Source of the DNA: Acutalibacteraceae bacterium
GTDB lineage: Bacteria; Bacillota; Clostridia; Oscillospirales; Acutalibacteraceae
Reading direction: 5' to 3'
DNA length: 64,000 nucleotides
Assembly: GCA_045538515.1 (NCBI GenBank)
Contig: JAZSRO010000089.1
Location: 22,840-86,839, forward strand
Both the position numbers and the translations under genes were made by a program. Under the pieces are notes generated by a model that did not search any database, had not been told where the DNA came from, and saw only the letters and a list, made by a program, of their open reading frames with translations. This document shows positions 28,756 through 37,900 of the stretch, one piece after another. The first letter of the stretch is position 1; each line of letters opens with the position of its first letter.

Positions 28756-30870
28756 TTAAGCTTTTCTAAAGACTACTTCGTTATATACGGAACGGAAAAA
28801 CTCTATAACATCCTGGAAAAGTGTGAGAACAAGCAATATAAGGAACGCGCAAAGTATCATTCCGATTATTGTTACAATTCCCATTCCAAGTGCACGGAAG
28901 AAACTGTAATCGTGTATGATTGTAAGTTCTACAAGCAATACAACAATTGTGATTATCCAACAGATTGACTGTGCACCGCTTAAAATAATTGCTTCATCAA
29001 ACACAAGGAACTGTGAAGCGATTATAAAGAAGATGCTGTATATAATCTGCGGAACAAGAGCAAATCCCGTTGCGATTACGATTTCCTTAAATGTGCCTTT
29101 GCCCTCGAACAAGGTGCAAAGTCCCCAGTTTACAACACACCACAACACCGCGATGCCTACTGTTGTGACAAATACCATTGCCGAGTTGTATTTATCGGGG
29201 TCGTAATCTGTATACATAAAGCCGCCCCATGTTGTTTCAAGAACCTTGCCTATAAACATCAAAATCATTATACCAAATGCAATAAACATATAAATGTCAA
29301 GTTGCTTTGATTTTTGTTTGCGCAAGGTTTTAATCTTGGTAGAAGTCTGAATCGGACGACAGAACGCCAAAAGCGATGTCATCACAATACCCGGTTCTTT
29401 CTTCTCGCGCGGGTGCTTTTTACGGTAAATCATATATGCGATTATACCGGCTACAGCAAGAATTGCTACAATAAATATAATAGCAAAATTGTCGGAAAGA
29501 AGTTTAAGTCTTACCTGCTCAAATGCGCGTTCATAAATTTCACGCTCGTATCCGAGTTTTGCATATTTGAGGGCAGAATCATAATCCTCCATAGCAATAT
29601 AGTAGTTAGCAATACCGGCATACGCCAACTGGTTGTAGCCGTCCTGCTCTTTAACGCTAACCCAAAGCGGATATGCGCCTTCGAAATCGCCGTTATCGGT
29701 TTTTTCCATTGCAGAGAAAAGAAGTTTACCGAAATCTGTAAGGCCGAAAACGGTTATACTGTTTGTCGTGGAGTCAATTACCAAGACATCTTTTCCGTTT
29801 ATGGCAAGTTCGGTTGCGGTTTTGAAGGTTCCCACCTGTTCGCCAAGTCCCTGTCCGCCACCGAACGCTGTAACAAGGTTACATGCGGTATCGTATACAA
29901 AAACTCTGCCATAGGTAGAATCAAGGCCGTATATGTATCCGTTATCATCAACAGCAATTGCAGCAAAATGTTCGGTTGCGTTGAATTTGTTGATAAGTTG
30001 AATGGTTTCGCCGTTACCAAAAGCAAAAGTGTCTGCCGAATCGCCATCGCGTTTAAGAATATTTATGCCCGAATAACTGAGTTTGCGAAGTTGGCCTTTG
30101 CCGCTTTCGGAGTTAGCCGTTGCGGTGTAGATGAAGCCGCCTTTTTCATAAATATCGTCAAACTCATACGGAAGTTCACGCATGGAAAACTCATACTGTG
30201 CATCTGTTTTGAGGGTATTAACAAAGAAATTCTTTATTGCATCAAGCACGGTAGCAGAGGTCTGGTTTGCACCGAAGAATCCTGTAAACTCGTAATCTGA
30301 TGTGAAAACGAGCGCACCGTAGTAGACGCCTTTACAGAGCACGAAGATAAAGCCATCTTCATCCTCTAAAACCTTTGTTGCATTAAACTCTAAATTATCA
30401 GGAATAATGGGCGAATCGGGCTTGGTTATAACCTTTACAACCGAACCCTCCGCATTTGCCACAACAACATACTGATTTGTGTTATCGGCTATGTAGATTG
30501 TGCCGCTTTTTGCAACGAAAAGTCCGTTTGCGGTTGAAAGGTCAAGCGTTTCTTCGCCATTTTTGATGTTATCAATAACACGGACAAACTGATAGTTTTT
30601 ATCAAGCACGACTATACGGGAATTACCGCTGTCAAGCAGATAAATATAGTCCCCTGCAATGCAAATATCGTTAATTGTGTTGAATGCGCCGATACCGAAA
30701 TCCTGTCCTTGCAGGTAACGATTACTTACAAACACATCCTTTTGCTGAACGAGAACGGTTTTACCTTGACCGTTTTTCTCCTGAAAAGATTCTGCACTTG
30801 CGGTGATACCGCCGACTGCTATCAATAAGGCAAGTGTGATGCAAACTAAAACTTTCAAATATTTTTTCAT
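28756..30870 (-). CDS. Fusion protein: signal peptide + NHL-type beta-propeller + TPR-like segment + C-terminal multi-pass Yip1-like membrane domain
   Basis: NHL-like blades are present (GDYIYLLDSGNSRIVVLD, GTIYIADNTNQYVVVAN, GYIYGLDSTYGRVFVYD, KDVLVIDSTTNSITVF). One TM helix follows, then a basic loop, then about 5 TM helices. Confidence 0.6.
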   Translation of the reverse strand: MKKYLKVLVCITLALLIAVGGITASAESFQEKNGQGKTVLVQQKDVFVSNRYLQGQDFGIGAFNTINDICIAGDYIYLLDSGNSRIVVLDKNYQFVRVIDNIKNGEETLDLSTANGLFVAKSGTIYIADNTNQYVVVANAEGSVVKVITKPDSPIIPDNLEFNATKVLEDEDGFIFVLCKGVYYGALVFTSDYEFTGFFGANQTSATVLDAIKNFFVNTLKTDAQYEFSMRELPYEFDDIYEKGGFIYTATANSESGKGQLRKLSYSGINILKRDGDSADTFAFGNGETIQLINKFNATEHFAAIAVDDNGYIYGLDSTYGRVFVYDTACNLVTAFGGGQGLGEQVGTFKTATELAINGKDVLVIDSTTNSITVFGLTDFGKLLFSAMEKTDNGDFEGAYPLWVSVKEQDGYNQLAYAGIANYYIAMEDYDSALKYAKLGYEREIYERAFEQVRLKLLSDNFAIIFIVAILAVAGIIAYMIYRKKHPREKKEPGIVMTSLLAFCRPIQTSTKIKTLRKQKSKQLDIYMFIAFGIMILMFIGKVLETTWGGFMYTDYDPDKYNSAMVFVTTVGIAVLWCVVNWGLCTLFEGKGTFKEIVIATGFALVPQIIYSIFFIIASQFLVFDEAIILSGAQSICWIITIVVLLVELTIIHDYSFFRALGMGIVTIIGMILCAFLILLVLTLFQDVIEFFRSVYNEVVFRKA

Positions 30871-30885
30871 ATACATCACTCCCCC

Positions 30886-31746
30886 TTATCCCTTAATGCC
30901 CGAACTGCTCATCGTCTTAGTAACACTCGACTGAGAGATGAGATATACTGTTGTCGGGAACAGAAGCATTATTACCGATGCTGCCATTGTACTACCCTGA
31001 CGGGTGATACCGGCGGTTGAAATCTGCTCAATGATGTTGGGCAGAAGTTTAATGTCTTCATCAAAAATCATTGACGAGGACGAAGTTGCCCACAAATCTC
31101 TGAATGCGAACAAAACGAGTGTCAGCACAGCGGGGCGAATAAGCGGCAGTGCAATCTTGAAATAGATTGTAAAGCAGGTCGCTCCGTCAATTTTTGCCGC
31201 CTCCATCAATACATCGGGAATACTGCTATCCATATACTGTTTAAGCAAGAATACACCGAGTGTTGACGGTATATAGGGCAAAATATATACGAGATATGTG
31301 TTGAGAATTTTAAGTTCAGACATAATTACATACTGCGGAATTGCAAGTGTGTAAGAGTTGAAAAGAAGTGACATCTGAACAAATGTAAATATAAGTGTAT
31401 AAGCCTTGTGGCGATACTTTGAAAGTGTGAACGCTGCCATCGAAGCAACAAAAACATGAAGCATTGTTGTAACGACACTGACAAAAACACTGTTTATTAT
31501 GTATCTTGAGAACGGAACCCACTCAGTAGATAACAGTTGCGGTAACGCCATATAGTTTTCAAGCGTTGGCGCCACAACATAAAACTTTGGTGGGAACGCC
31601 ATAATTTCATCCAAAGGCTTTAGTGATGTAACTATAAGATATATAAGCGGCAAAAGCATAAATGCACCGAACACCGTTAAAAAGGTTGCAATAACTGCGG
31701 TGCCGAACTTTGAACGCGTATATCTTTTTACCTGATTACGTGCCAT
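30886..31746 (-). CDS. Carbohydrate ABC transporter permease, importer 1
   Basis: EAA loop MEAAKIDGATCFTIYFKIALP. Six TM helices. Confidence 0.9.
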   Translation of the reverse strand: MARNQVKRYTRSKFGTAVIATFLTVFGAFMLLPLIYLIVTSLKPLDEIMAFPPKFYVVAPTLENYMALPQLLSTEWVPFSRYIINSVFVSVVTTMLHVFVASMAAFTLSKYRHKAYTLIFTFVQMSLLFNSYTLAIPQYVIMSELKILNTYLVYILPYIPSTLGVFLLKQYMDSSIPDVLMEAAKIDGATCFTIYFKIALPLIRPAVLTLVLFAFRDLWATSSSSMIFDEDIKLLPNIIEQISTAGITRQGSTMAASVIMLLFPTTVYLISQSSVTKTMSSSGIKG

Positions 31747-31777
31747 AAATTACCTTTCCCTTCGTTTAATCCAATTA

Positions 31778-32677
31778 CTATTTATCAAGCGTGTTGAGCA
31801 GTTTTCCTATTACATATCTTGTAATTGCCATAAGGGCAAACAGGAACACCGCAATTGCCGAGGCATAACCCATTTCGTACCTGACAGTACCGTAGTCAGA
31901 CATATGTGTAACTATGGTGTGGGTTATGTAGTTAGTACTCGGATTACCTGTAAGGGCTATGGCAACAGCGCTGACAGAGAATGCCGCCTGAATTTGCATA
32001 ACAGCCGAGAAAAGCAATATGCTCTTCATAGAGGGCAATGTAATATACCAAACCTCTTGCCAACGGTTGCGGATACCTTCGATTGCGCCAACCTCATAAA
32101 GTTCGCTTCCAACATTCTGCAAACCCGAAATGTTAGCGAGGAACGAGGTACCCATACTCATCCACAACTGAACTATCATGACGATAGGCAGTGCGTAGGA
32201 TGCATCTTTAAGCCAAATAACCGGCTCGGTTATGAATCCGTATTCCAAAAGGAAACCGTTTATAAGACCGTAACTATCGCCACTGAAGATAAATAACCAT
32301 ATAAAGTAAACATTACCTACAAGTGCGGGTGAATAGAAAATGAACGAAACAACAGCCCTTGCGACACGCGGAAGTTCGTTTATGAACCACGCAAGTAAAA
32401 ATGCGAACGCATATCCAAGCGGACCTGTTATAACAGCGAATATAAGGGTGTTTTTAAGAGCGATTTTGAATATATCGTCATACAAAAACAGTCTTATATA
32501 GTTCTGAACACCGCTGAATGTCGGAAGATTTAGCATATCAAAGGTTGTGAAACTGAGCACAACCGATGACAAAATCGGCAAAACGGTGAACAGGAAAAAC
32601 AATGCCAAAAACGGTGTCAAAAGAAGTGTGGGCTGAAGGAAACTTTCACTTCTGTACTTTTTAATTTTAGTTTTCAT
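31778..32677 (-). CDS. Carbohydrate ABC transporter permease, importer 1
   Basis: EAA-type loop LYEVGAIEGIRNRWQEVWYITLP. Multi-pass. Confidence 0.9.
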   Translation of the reverse strand: MKTKIKKYRSESFLQPTLLLTPFLALFFLFTVLPILSSVVLSFTTFDMLNLPTFSGVQNYIRLFLYDDIFKIALKNTLIFAVITGPLGYAFAFLLAWFINELPRVARAVVSFIFYSPALVGNVYFIWLFIFSGDSYGLINGFLLEYGFITEPVIWLKDASYALPIVMIVQLWMSMGTSFLANISGLQNVGSELYEVGAIEGIRNRWQEVWYITLPSMKSILLFSAVMQIQAAFSVSAVAIALTGNPSTNYITHTIVTHMSDYGTVRYEMGYASAIAVFLFALMAITRYVIGKLLNTLDK

Positions 32678-32691
32678 TTTGCTTCCCCTCC

Positions 32692-35499
32692 CTACTTCTT
32701 ATCAGCATATTCTTTGCTCTTTCTTTCCATTTCTTCGTCTATCATAAGCGACCATTTGGTAAGAGCATCTTTTGGTGCATCGCCATCGGTGTAAACGGCA
32801 TAAAATGCATTTTCAAGTGAACGGTTTACATAGTAACTTCCCGGAACTTCGGGTATAAATTCTGCAAGTTTATACTGATTTAATATAACCTTTGCATCGT
32901 TTCTGTTCCAAGAAAGAAGTTGCAACGCCTCAATATTCGCGGTTGGAACACGAGCCGCAATACCAACGATAGACTCAACATCCGAACTGTATCTGTACTG
33001 TGTTTCTGCGCTGGTCCACCACTTAAGGAATTCCCAAGCCTTATCGGGAGAATCGCTGTCCTTAAGTATTACTGTAGCGGTTGCTGTACCAATTGTTTTA
33101 TTGTTCAATCCGTTTTCGCCTTCAAATCCCGGAAGTTCGTGAACACTCCAGCGGCCGCTGATTTCAGGTGCCGCCGCCATAAGTGTGGCGTAGGATGTGT
33201 AAGGCTCAATACCAAGCGGCATTTCGCCAGTACGGAAACGGTTGTAAAGGCTGAAGGCTACAGGCAGTTTGTATTCAACATACAAATCTGTATAGAAATT
33301 AAACGCATCGAACGCTTCGGCTGTATCAAGATTTGTCTTTGCAAGGTCCTCTGTATAAAGAGTTCCGTTTTTCTGATAAAGGAAGGTTCTGTAGTTAAGC
33401 GGAACACCGACAGACAGGTTGTTTCTCATAAGTACCGCACAGCAACGCAGGAATTCATCCCAGGTTTTCGGTACAGAGATTCCAAGTTGCTCAAAAATGT
33501 CATCTCTGACATACATCATATTAAATGTAATGCTGTCGGCAAGACCGTAAACTCCGCCTTTGTATCTGAAGGGGTTAATGGGCTTATCACTGCCGTAGTT
33601 TTTCTGCAATGTTTCTTCAAAATCAGAGAACTGTGACAAATCATAAAGTGCACCACGCATCGCAAGGTTAACGGGTGTATCATTAGTTTGCATAATGGTA
33701 CAATCGGGTGCGTTACCCGAAAGTTTCGCCTGAATCATAGATGCTGCAGCAATCTTGATATTGGCCTTTATGCCTGTCTTGGGTGTGAAGGTTTCCTCGA
33801 CCATTTTTTGAAGAACTCTTGACTGGTCGCGGCCAATGTTTACCCAAACATCGATAACATCGTCACCTTCTGCCGAAGAAAGCGAGTTATAGTCAACTAC
33901 ATATGAAGCAAGTAGTTTATTGAAACCGAAAACAAATCTTTCGATAAAGTTAGATTTGTACTCTTTCTCATCAACACTTTCGCCCGCTATGATTATCTTT
34001 TCAATGTCAAGCGGCATTTTGCGCATTTCGTAAATCCACGCACCCGCACTACTGTAGTTATTGAAAAGGTCGCTGACATATTTATGTGCTTTGAACTTGG
34101 AGTCTAGCATACGCTCAAGCACGAGTGCAAGACTTTCAAGTGTAACGGCGTTAGAGCCGCCCTTCGCGCCTGTAATAGCGTTATATTCTTTTACCAAGCC
34201 ATCGATTTGTTCTATGTAGGTCTTAAGGTCATCAGTAAGGGTTGGAATCTGCTCATAAAGGCGATAGTCACGGTTAGCATCAGGACTTGTGCCCGTAATC
34301 ATAATAATCTGACGGTACATTTCGCCGACATTATATATAAGGGTTTCAAGTCGGCGGCTGATGTCTGCAACCGAACCTAAAGTTGCCTTGAGAGATACCG
34401 TGTGCGTTCCCTCTGTAAGATATACATAGTAAGGTGTTTCTCCGCCGAAAGTAAGCAACTCCCACTTTGTGTTGTAGGGAAACTTGAGTTCATTTGCCTC
34501 TGCAAATGGGGTTTTACCGTCTATTTGCAGACTTCTGATTGAACTGGCGTTAGTAAGATAACCCTGTTTATATTTGAATGTTATGCTATAATACGCATCC
34601 TTGGGAGCAGTAAATTCCCAAGTAATCTTTTCACCGGCGGCATCCCAGTTGTTGCCTCCGATGCAGTTGATGGATGTATGATACGCACTTGAGGGAGTAA
34701 GTGACGGGTCACTGCCGTCTGCAAGAGGACGAAGTTCTTTAGAGTTTTTATAAACTGCGTTCTGCGCCTCAATCACAATATTGTCGCCATCATATATACC
34801 CGAAACATCTTCCGCTTTATACGCCGGTGTCTTCTCCGCGCCCGAAAGTGTTATGGATTCAAGGGCAATTGTGCCCGAATAAAGTTCGATTGTTATGGTG
34901 TTTGCACCTTGTGTAAGGAGGAACTTAAGAGGGTCAAGGAAGAGTTCATCTGGGTCTATGAGTTTTTCGCTTACCCACTGCGGTTTTTGAATCTGCGAGG
35001 GGCTTGATTGGTTTCCAAGCGCATCCTCTGTGGGTTTGCCATCGTCTACCCAAACACGCGGCAAGAACATACTGTCGGCTTCCGAAAAAGGCTCTTTTCC
35101 GTTGATTTTACAGGAAAGTTCAATATTCGCATCGTTATTGTCAACGGCTGCATAGTTAAGCGCAATGTTATAAAGCGCTTCTACACTGCAATTGGCGGTA
35201 AACGAAACGGGACCGCTTTCTGAATCTATGATAAGGACATTGTCCTTTCCGCAGTATGAATCAAGTTTTGCGTTCGAACCTTCGGTAGCAACAAAACCGG
35301 ATGCATCTATCTTTATAGATTCGCCGGTGTAATCGTTTTTACCCTCAAGGTAATCGATATATCCGCTATCGGTCGCGACCAGGGCAACCGAATCATTGAC
35401 ATCAGACACCGTATCAGCAGAACAGATTGTCTGCATAAACAGTGTTGCTATCAAGGATATAACCAAAACTGTACAAATTAACCTTAAAGCGTTCTTCAA
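32692..35499 (-). CDS. Giant (about 935 aa) solute-binding protein: N-terminal signal/anchor + two CBM-like beta-sandwich modules + family-1 SBP domain, importer 1
   Basis: I place the start at TTG 35499, 7 nt after a perfect AGGAGG, giving (M)KNALRLICTVLVISLIATLFMQTICSA. The N-terminal ~450 aa carry two lectin-like segments. The C-terminal ~450 aa resemble an SBP. Confidence 0.7.
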   Translation of the reverse strand: MKNALRLICTVLVISLIATLFMQTICSADTVSDVNDSVALVATDSGYIDYLEGKNDYTGESIKIDASGFVATEGSNAKLDSYCGKDNVLIIDSESGPVSFTANCSVEALYNIALNYAAVDNNDANIELSCKINGKEPFSEADSMFLPRVWVDDGKPTEDALGNQSSPSQIQKPQWVSEKLIDPDELFLDPLKFLLTQGANTITIELYSGTIALESITLSGAEKTPAYKAEDVSGIYDGDNIVIEAQNAVYKNSKELRPLADGSDPSLTPSSAYHTSINCIGGNNWDAAGEKITWEFTAPKDAYYSITFKYKQGYLTNASSIRSLQIDGKTPFAEANELKFPYNTKWELLTFGGETPYYVYLTEGTHTVSLKATLGSVADISRRLETLIYNVGEMYRQIIMITGTSPDANRDYRLYEQIPTLTDDLKTYIEQIDGLVKEYNAITGAKGGSNAVTLESLALVLERMLDSKFKAHKYVSDLFNNYSSAGAWIYEMRKMPLDIEKIIIAGESVDEKEYKSNFIERFVFGFNKLLASYVVDYNSLSSAEGDDVIDVWVNIGRDQSRVLQKMVEETFTPKTGIKANIKIAAASMIQAKLSGNAPDCTIMQTNDTPVNLAMRGALYDLSQFSDFEETLQKNYGSDKPINPFRYKGGVYGLADSITFNMMYVRDDIFEQLGISVPKTWDEFLRCCAVLMRNNLSVGVPLNYRTFLYQKNGTLYTEDLAKTNLDTAEAFDAFNFYTDLYVEYKLPVAFSLYNRFRTGEMPLGIEPYTSYATLMAAAPEISGRWSVHELPGFEGENGLNNKTIGTATATVILKDSDSPDKAWEFLKWWTSAETQYRYSSDVESIVGIAARVPTANIEALQLLSWNRNDAKVILNQYKLAEFIPEVPGSYYVNRSLENAFYAVYTDGDAPKDALTKWSLMIDEEMERKSKEYADKK

Positions 35500-35697
35500 A
35501 ATTGTACCTCCTAAATTAAGTGCTGACACCAATAAAACCTTGTTTGCTTTACTGAGCAGTTTCTTCTTTTTCACTACTTTCAAAATTGTTTTATACGGTT
35601 TAATCTCATAAAACAACTTGCAAATAGCATACTCTGCAACCTATGCTGCAAAGCATGAACGAAAGTGAAAAATTTTTGCCAAATTATCACAAATGCA

Positions 35698-35706
35698 TTA
35701 TACCAT
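35698..35706 (-). promoter_or_regulatory. Candidate extended -10 promoter element for the importer operon
   Basis: The minus strand reads TGgTATAAT. The -35 is weak (GAAGAC). This would give a ~190-nt leader. Confidence 0.3.
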
Positions 35707-36111
35707 ATTCATATAATAATGTCTTCTCATTTTTCACCAAATTGCCATAAAACACTCTCAAAAATCACTATGTTTCATATTTTAACGAAAATATTTGGTA
35801 AATTTTACGCATTAGTGAACAATATTTTGGAACTTTTGTTAAATTTTCAACTATGGACGCGCTTCCCTTCGTCAAAATGACAACTGATTTGTCTCAATAC
35901 ACAAAAAGTTTTGATTTTTTGAAATAATCCCGTGAAAAACCGATTTTCCACCGAAACACGCCGTCTTTTTGTGCAATTTTACCACTAAAACGGATAAAAC
36001 TTGGACACATAGTGTGTTGGCTTTTACTCGTTTTACAACGCACAATCAACACATTCGTCAATATGCACATATCATATTTTTCGTGGTGCGATTTCGACCT
36101 TATAAAATAAT

Positions 36112-36137
36112 AAAAGACCGTGAAATCACGGTCTTTT
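36112..36137 (-). terminator. Terminator after the GH3 gene
   Basis: GACCGTG-AAAT-CACGGTC with A/T runs on both sides. Confidence 0.75.
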
Positions 36138-36164
36138 ATTATACATATTCAAAAGATTGTTATA

Positions 36165-37787
36165 TTAATCAATTTGGGGTTGACGAAGGTCGATTTCAAC
36201 GGGGGTAATACCCTTTGCTTCCTTGTCACCAAACAAAACGTCACAAAGTCCTTCAGGGTTAACAACACTAAGAGAGAAGGTGTTAACAACGGTCTTTGCA
36301 TAGGGGAAGGTGCTTGGAATAAAGGGTGAACCGTGACAAATCATAATTACGGGAATATCAAGTTTGAAGAGATATTCGTAAACCTTTTGAAGCATCTTTC
36401 CGCAGGGTTGGAGATTAAGACCGCCCCAAACAAAACCGTAATAGAAGTTAACTATGAGTGCGTCTGCTTCGGGCAAATCCTCTACGCTGACAATGCCGTT
36501 CTCTTCATACTCGCCGTATTTGAAGATTTCGATTCCTCTTGCTCTGAGAGCATCATCGAAATTGGTAGGACGCTTACGTTCGGTGTTTGTAAGGTCAACG
36601 CTGATGATTTTCTTTATTTTGTTTTTATCAAACGGGAGATGTCCTGCTTCATTTTTGAAGATAGAAACGGAATTTTCGCCAATGCGCTTTGCTGCGTTTT
36701 TAAACTTTTCACGTTCTTCTGCAGAAACGGGTGTATAAGAATTATCCTTTTCCTCGTCAAAGAGTCCAAGACGTTCTTTCGCCTTGTAAATTCTGTAAAC
36801 AGATTCTTTAATACGCTCTATTGTGATTTCGCCGTCGTTAACAGCCTTTTCGAGAATGTCAACCGTTTCGGTCATTGGTGAGCAGAAGTTTGTGAAGATA
36901 AGCATATCACAACCTGCTTGAATGGCTCTTACGTATGCTTTATCATACTTAATATACGGTACAAGACCGCCCATATTAAAGCCGTCCGATACCACGAGGC
37001 CTTGGAAACCGAGTTTCTCGCGGAGAAGTTTAGTAATAACGTTATGGCTGAGTGTGCAGGGGATGATTTTTCCATCAGGTTCTGCTGCAGGGAAACAGCA
37101 GTGGGACGGCATTATTGCGCTAAGGCCGTTATCGATGGCGGCTTTCCAAGTTTTACCGTAAACATCCATCCACTCGTCCATCGTCATATCATTAAATGTA
37201 GCGTGAATATGACTGTCAGCCATTTTCTTTCCGTCGGGACTTGGGAAGTGTTTGCCTGTTGCCAATGCACCGTTTTCCTGTACACCCTTAATAAATGCGC
37301 CTGTCATTTTGCTAACCTGATTGTGTTCATTGCCCCAAGCGCGTGTGTTTGTGCTTGCAATGGGTGACAAACACATATCTAAAACGGGGCCAAAGGCCCA
37401 GTGAACGCCAACCTCAAGACCTTCTTTAGCACAGGACTCACCTGCTGTGTAGGCGTCTTCCTCGCTGTTTGCTGCAGAAATTACCATTGCCGAACCAAAC
37501 TGTGTGCCTGTATCCATAATAAAAGAAGGAGAAGTTTCCATATCGGTTGCGAAGAGCGGATAATTACCGCCACGCTCTTTGAGCATTTTAGTCAACGCAA
37601 CAATATCATCATGCTTTGACGGGAAAATGTAGAATGCGCCCGGCTTTACATCACAATCCTTGAAAACATTTTCAAAATACTCACGCGGGTCGGAATCTTC
37701 TTTATATGTAGCGCGGAGTGCGGGACATAAAAGTTGTGCGACCAAATCGCGTGTACTCATGCCTTCAATATACTTTTCAAATGTCAT
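36165..37787 (-). CDS. GH3 glycoside hydrolase (NagZ / beta-hexosaminidase- or beta-glucosidase-like), intracellular
   Basis: GVHWAFGPVLD, GKHFPSPDG and the nucleophile region GLVVSDGFNMGG are spaced as in the GH3 N-terminal domain. Confidence 0.8.
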   Translation of the reverse strand: MTFEKYIEGMSTRDLVAQLLCPALRATYKEDSDPREYFENVFKDCDVKPGAFYIFPSKHDDIVALTKMLKERGGNYPLFATDMETSPSFIMDTGTQFGSAMVISAANSEEDAYTAGESCAKEGLEVGVHWAFGPVLDMCLSPIASTNTRAWGNEHNQVSKMTGAFIKGVQENGALATGKHFPSPDGKKMADSHIHATFNDMTMDEWMDVYGKTWKAAIDNGLSAIMPSHCCFPAAEPDGKIIPCTLSHNVITKLLREKLGFQGLVVSDGFNMGGLVPYIKYDKAYVRAIQAGCDMLIFTNFCSPMTETVDILEKAVNDGEITIERIKESVYRIYKAKERLGLFDEEKDNSYTPVSAEEREKFKNAAKRIGENSVSIFKNEAGHLPFDKNKIKKIISVDLTNTERKRPTNFDDALRARGIEIFKYGEYEENGIVSVEDLPEADALIVNFYYGFVWGGLNLQPCGKMLQKVYEYLFKLDIPVIMICHGSPFIPSTFPYAKTVVNTFSLSVVNPEGLCDVLFGDKEAKGITPVEIDLRQPQID

Positions 37788-37854
37788 AACTATCGCTCCT
37801 CATTTTTATTTAAGCCTTACGACAAGATTATAATACAACTTTTTCTAAAAAAAG

Positions 37855-37889
37855 TACTCTCATTTTTTGGCTTTTTACTCTCATTTTTT
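37855..37889 (-). promoter_or_regulatory. Two 14-bp direct repeats, 21 bp apart, upstream of the GH3 promoter (candidate AraC-type activator site)
   Basis: TACTCTCATTTTTT occurs at 37855-37868 and 37876-37889. On the minus strand, TATAAT lies at 37832-37827 with only a poor -35 (ACTTTT) that abuts the proximal repeat. Confidence 0.45.
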
Positions 37890-37900
37890 AAGTTTTTTGA

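Noticed and set aside
29314-30300. 328-aa plus-strand ORF antisense to the NHL/Yip1 gene (also 32920-33636, antisense to the SBP gene)
   Set aside because: They have no ribosome-binding site, Cys/Phe/Arg-rich implausible composition, and lie wholly within well-supported minus-strand genes.
35665-36208. ORFs of 71 and 79 aa in the long importer leader region
   Set aside because: They have no ribosome-binding sites and an odd composition. The second runs through the GH3 terminator and into the GH3 gene on the opposite strand.
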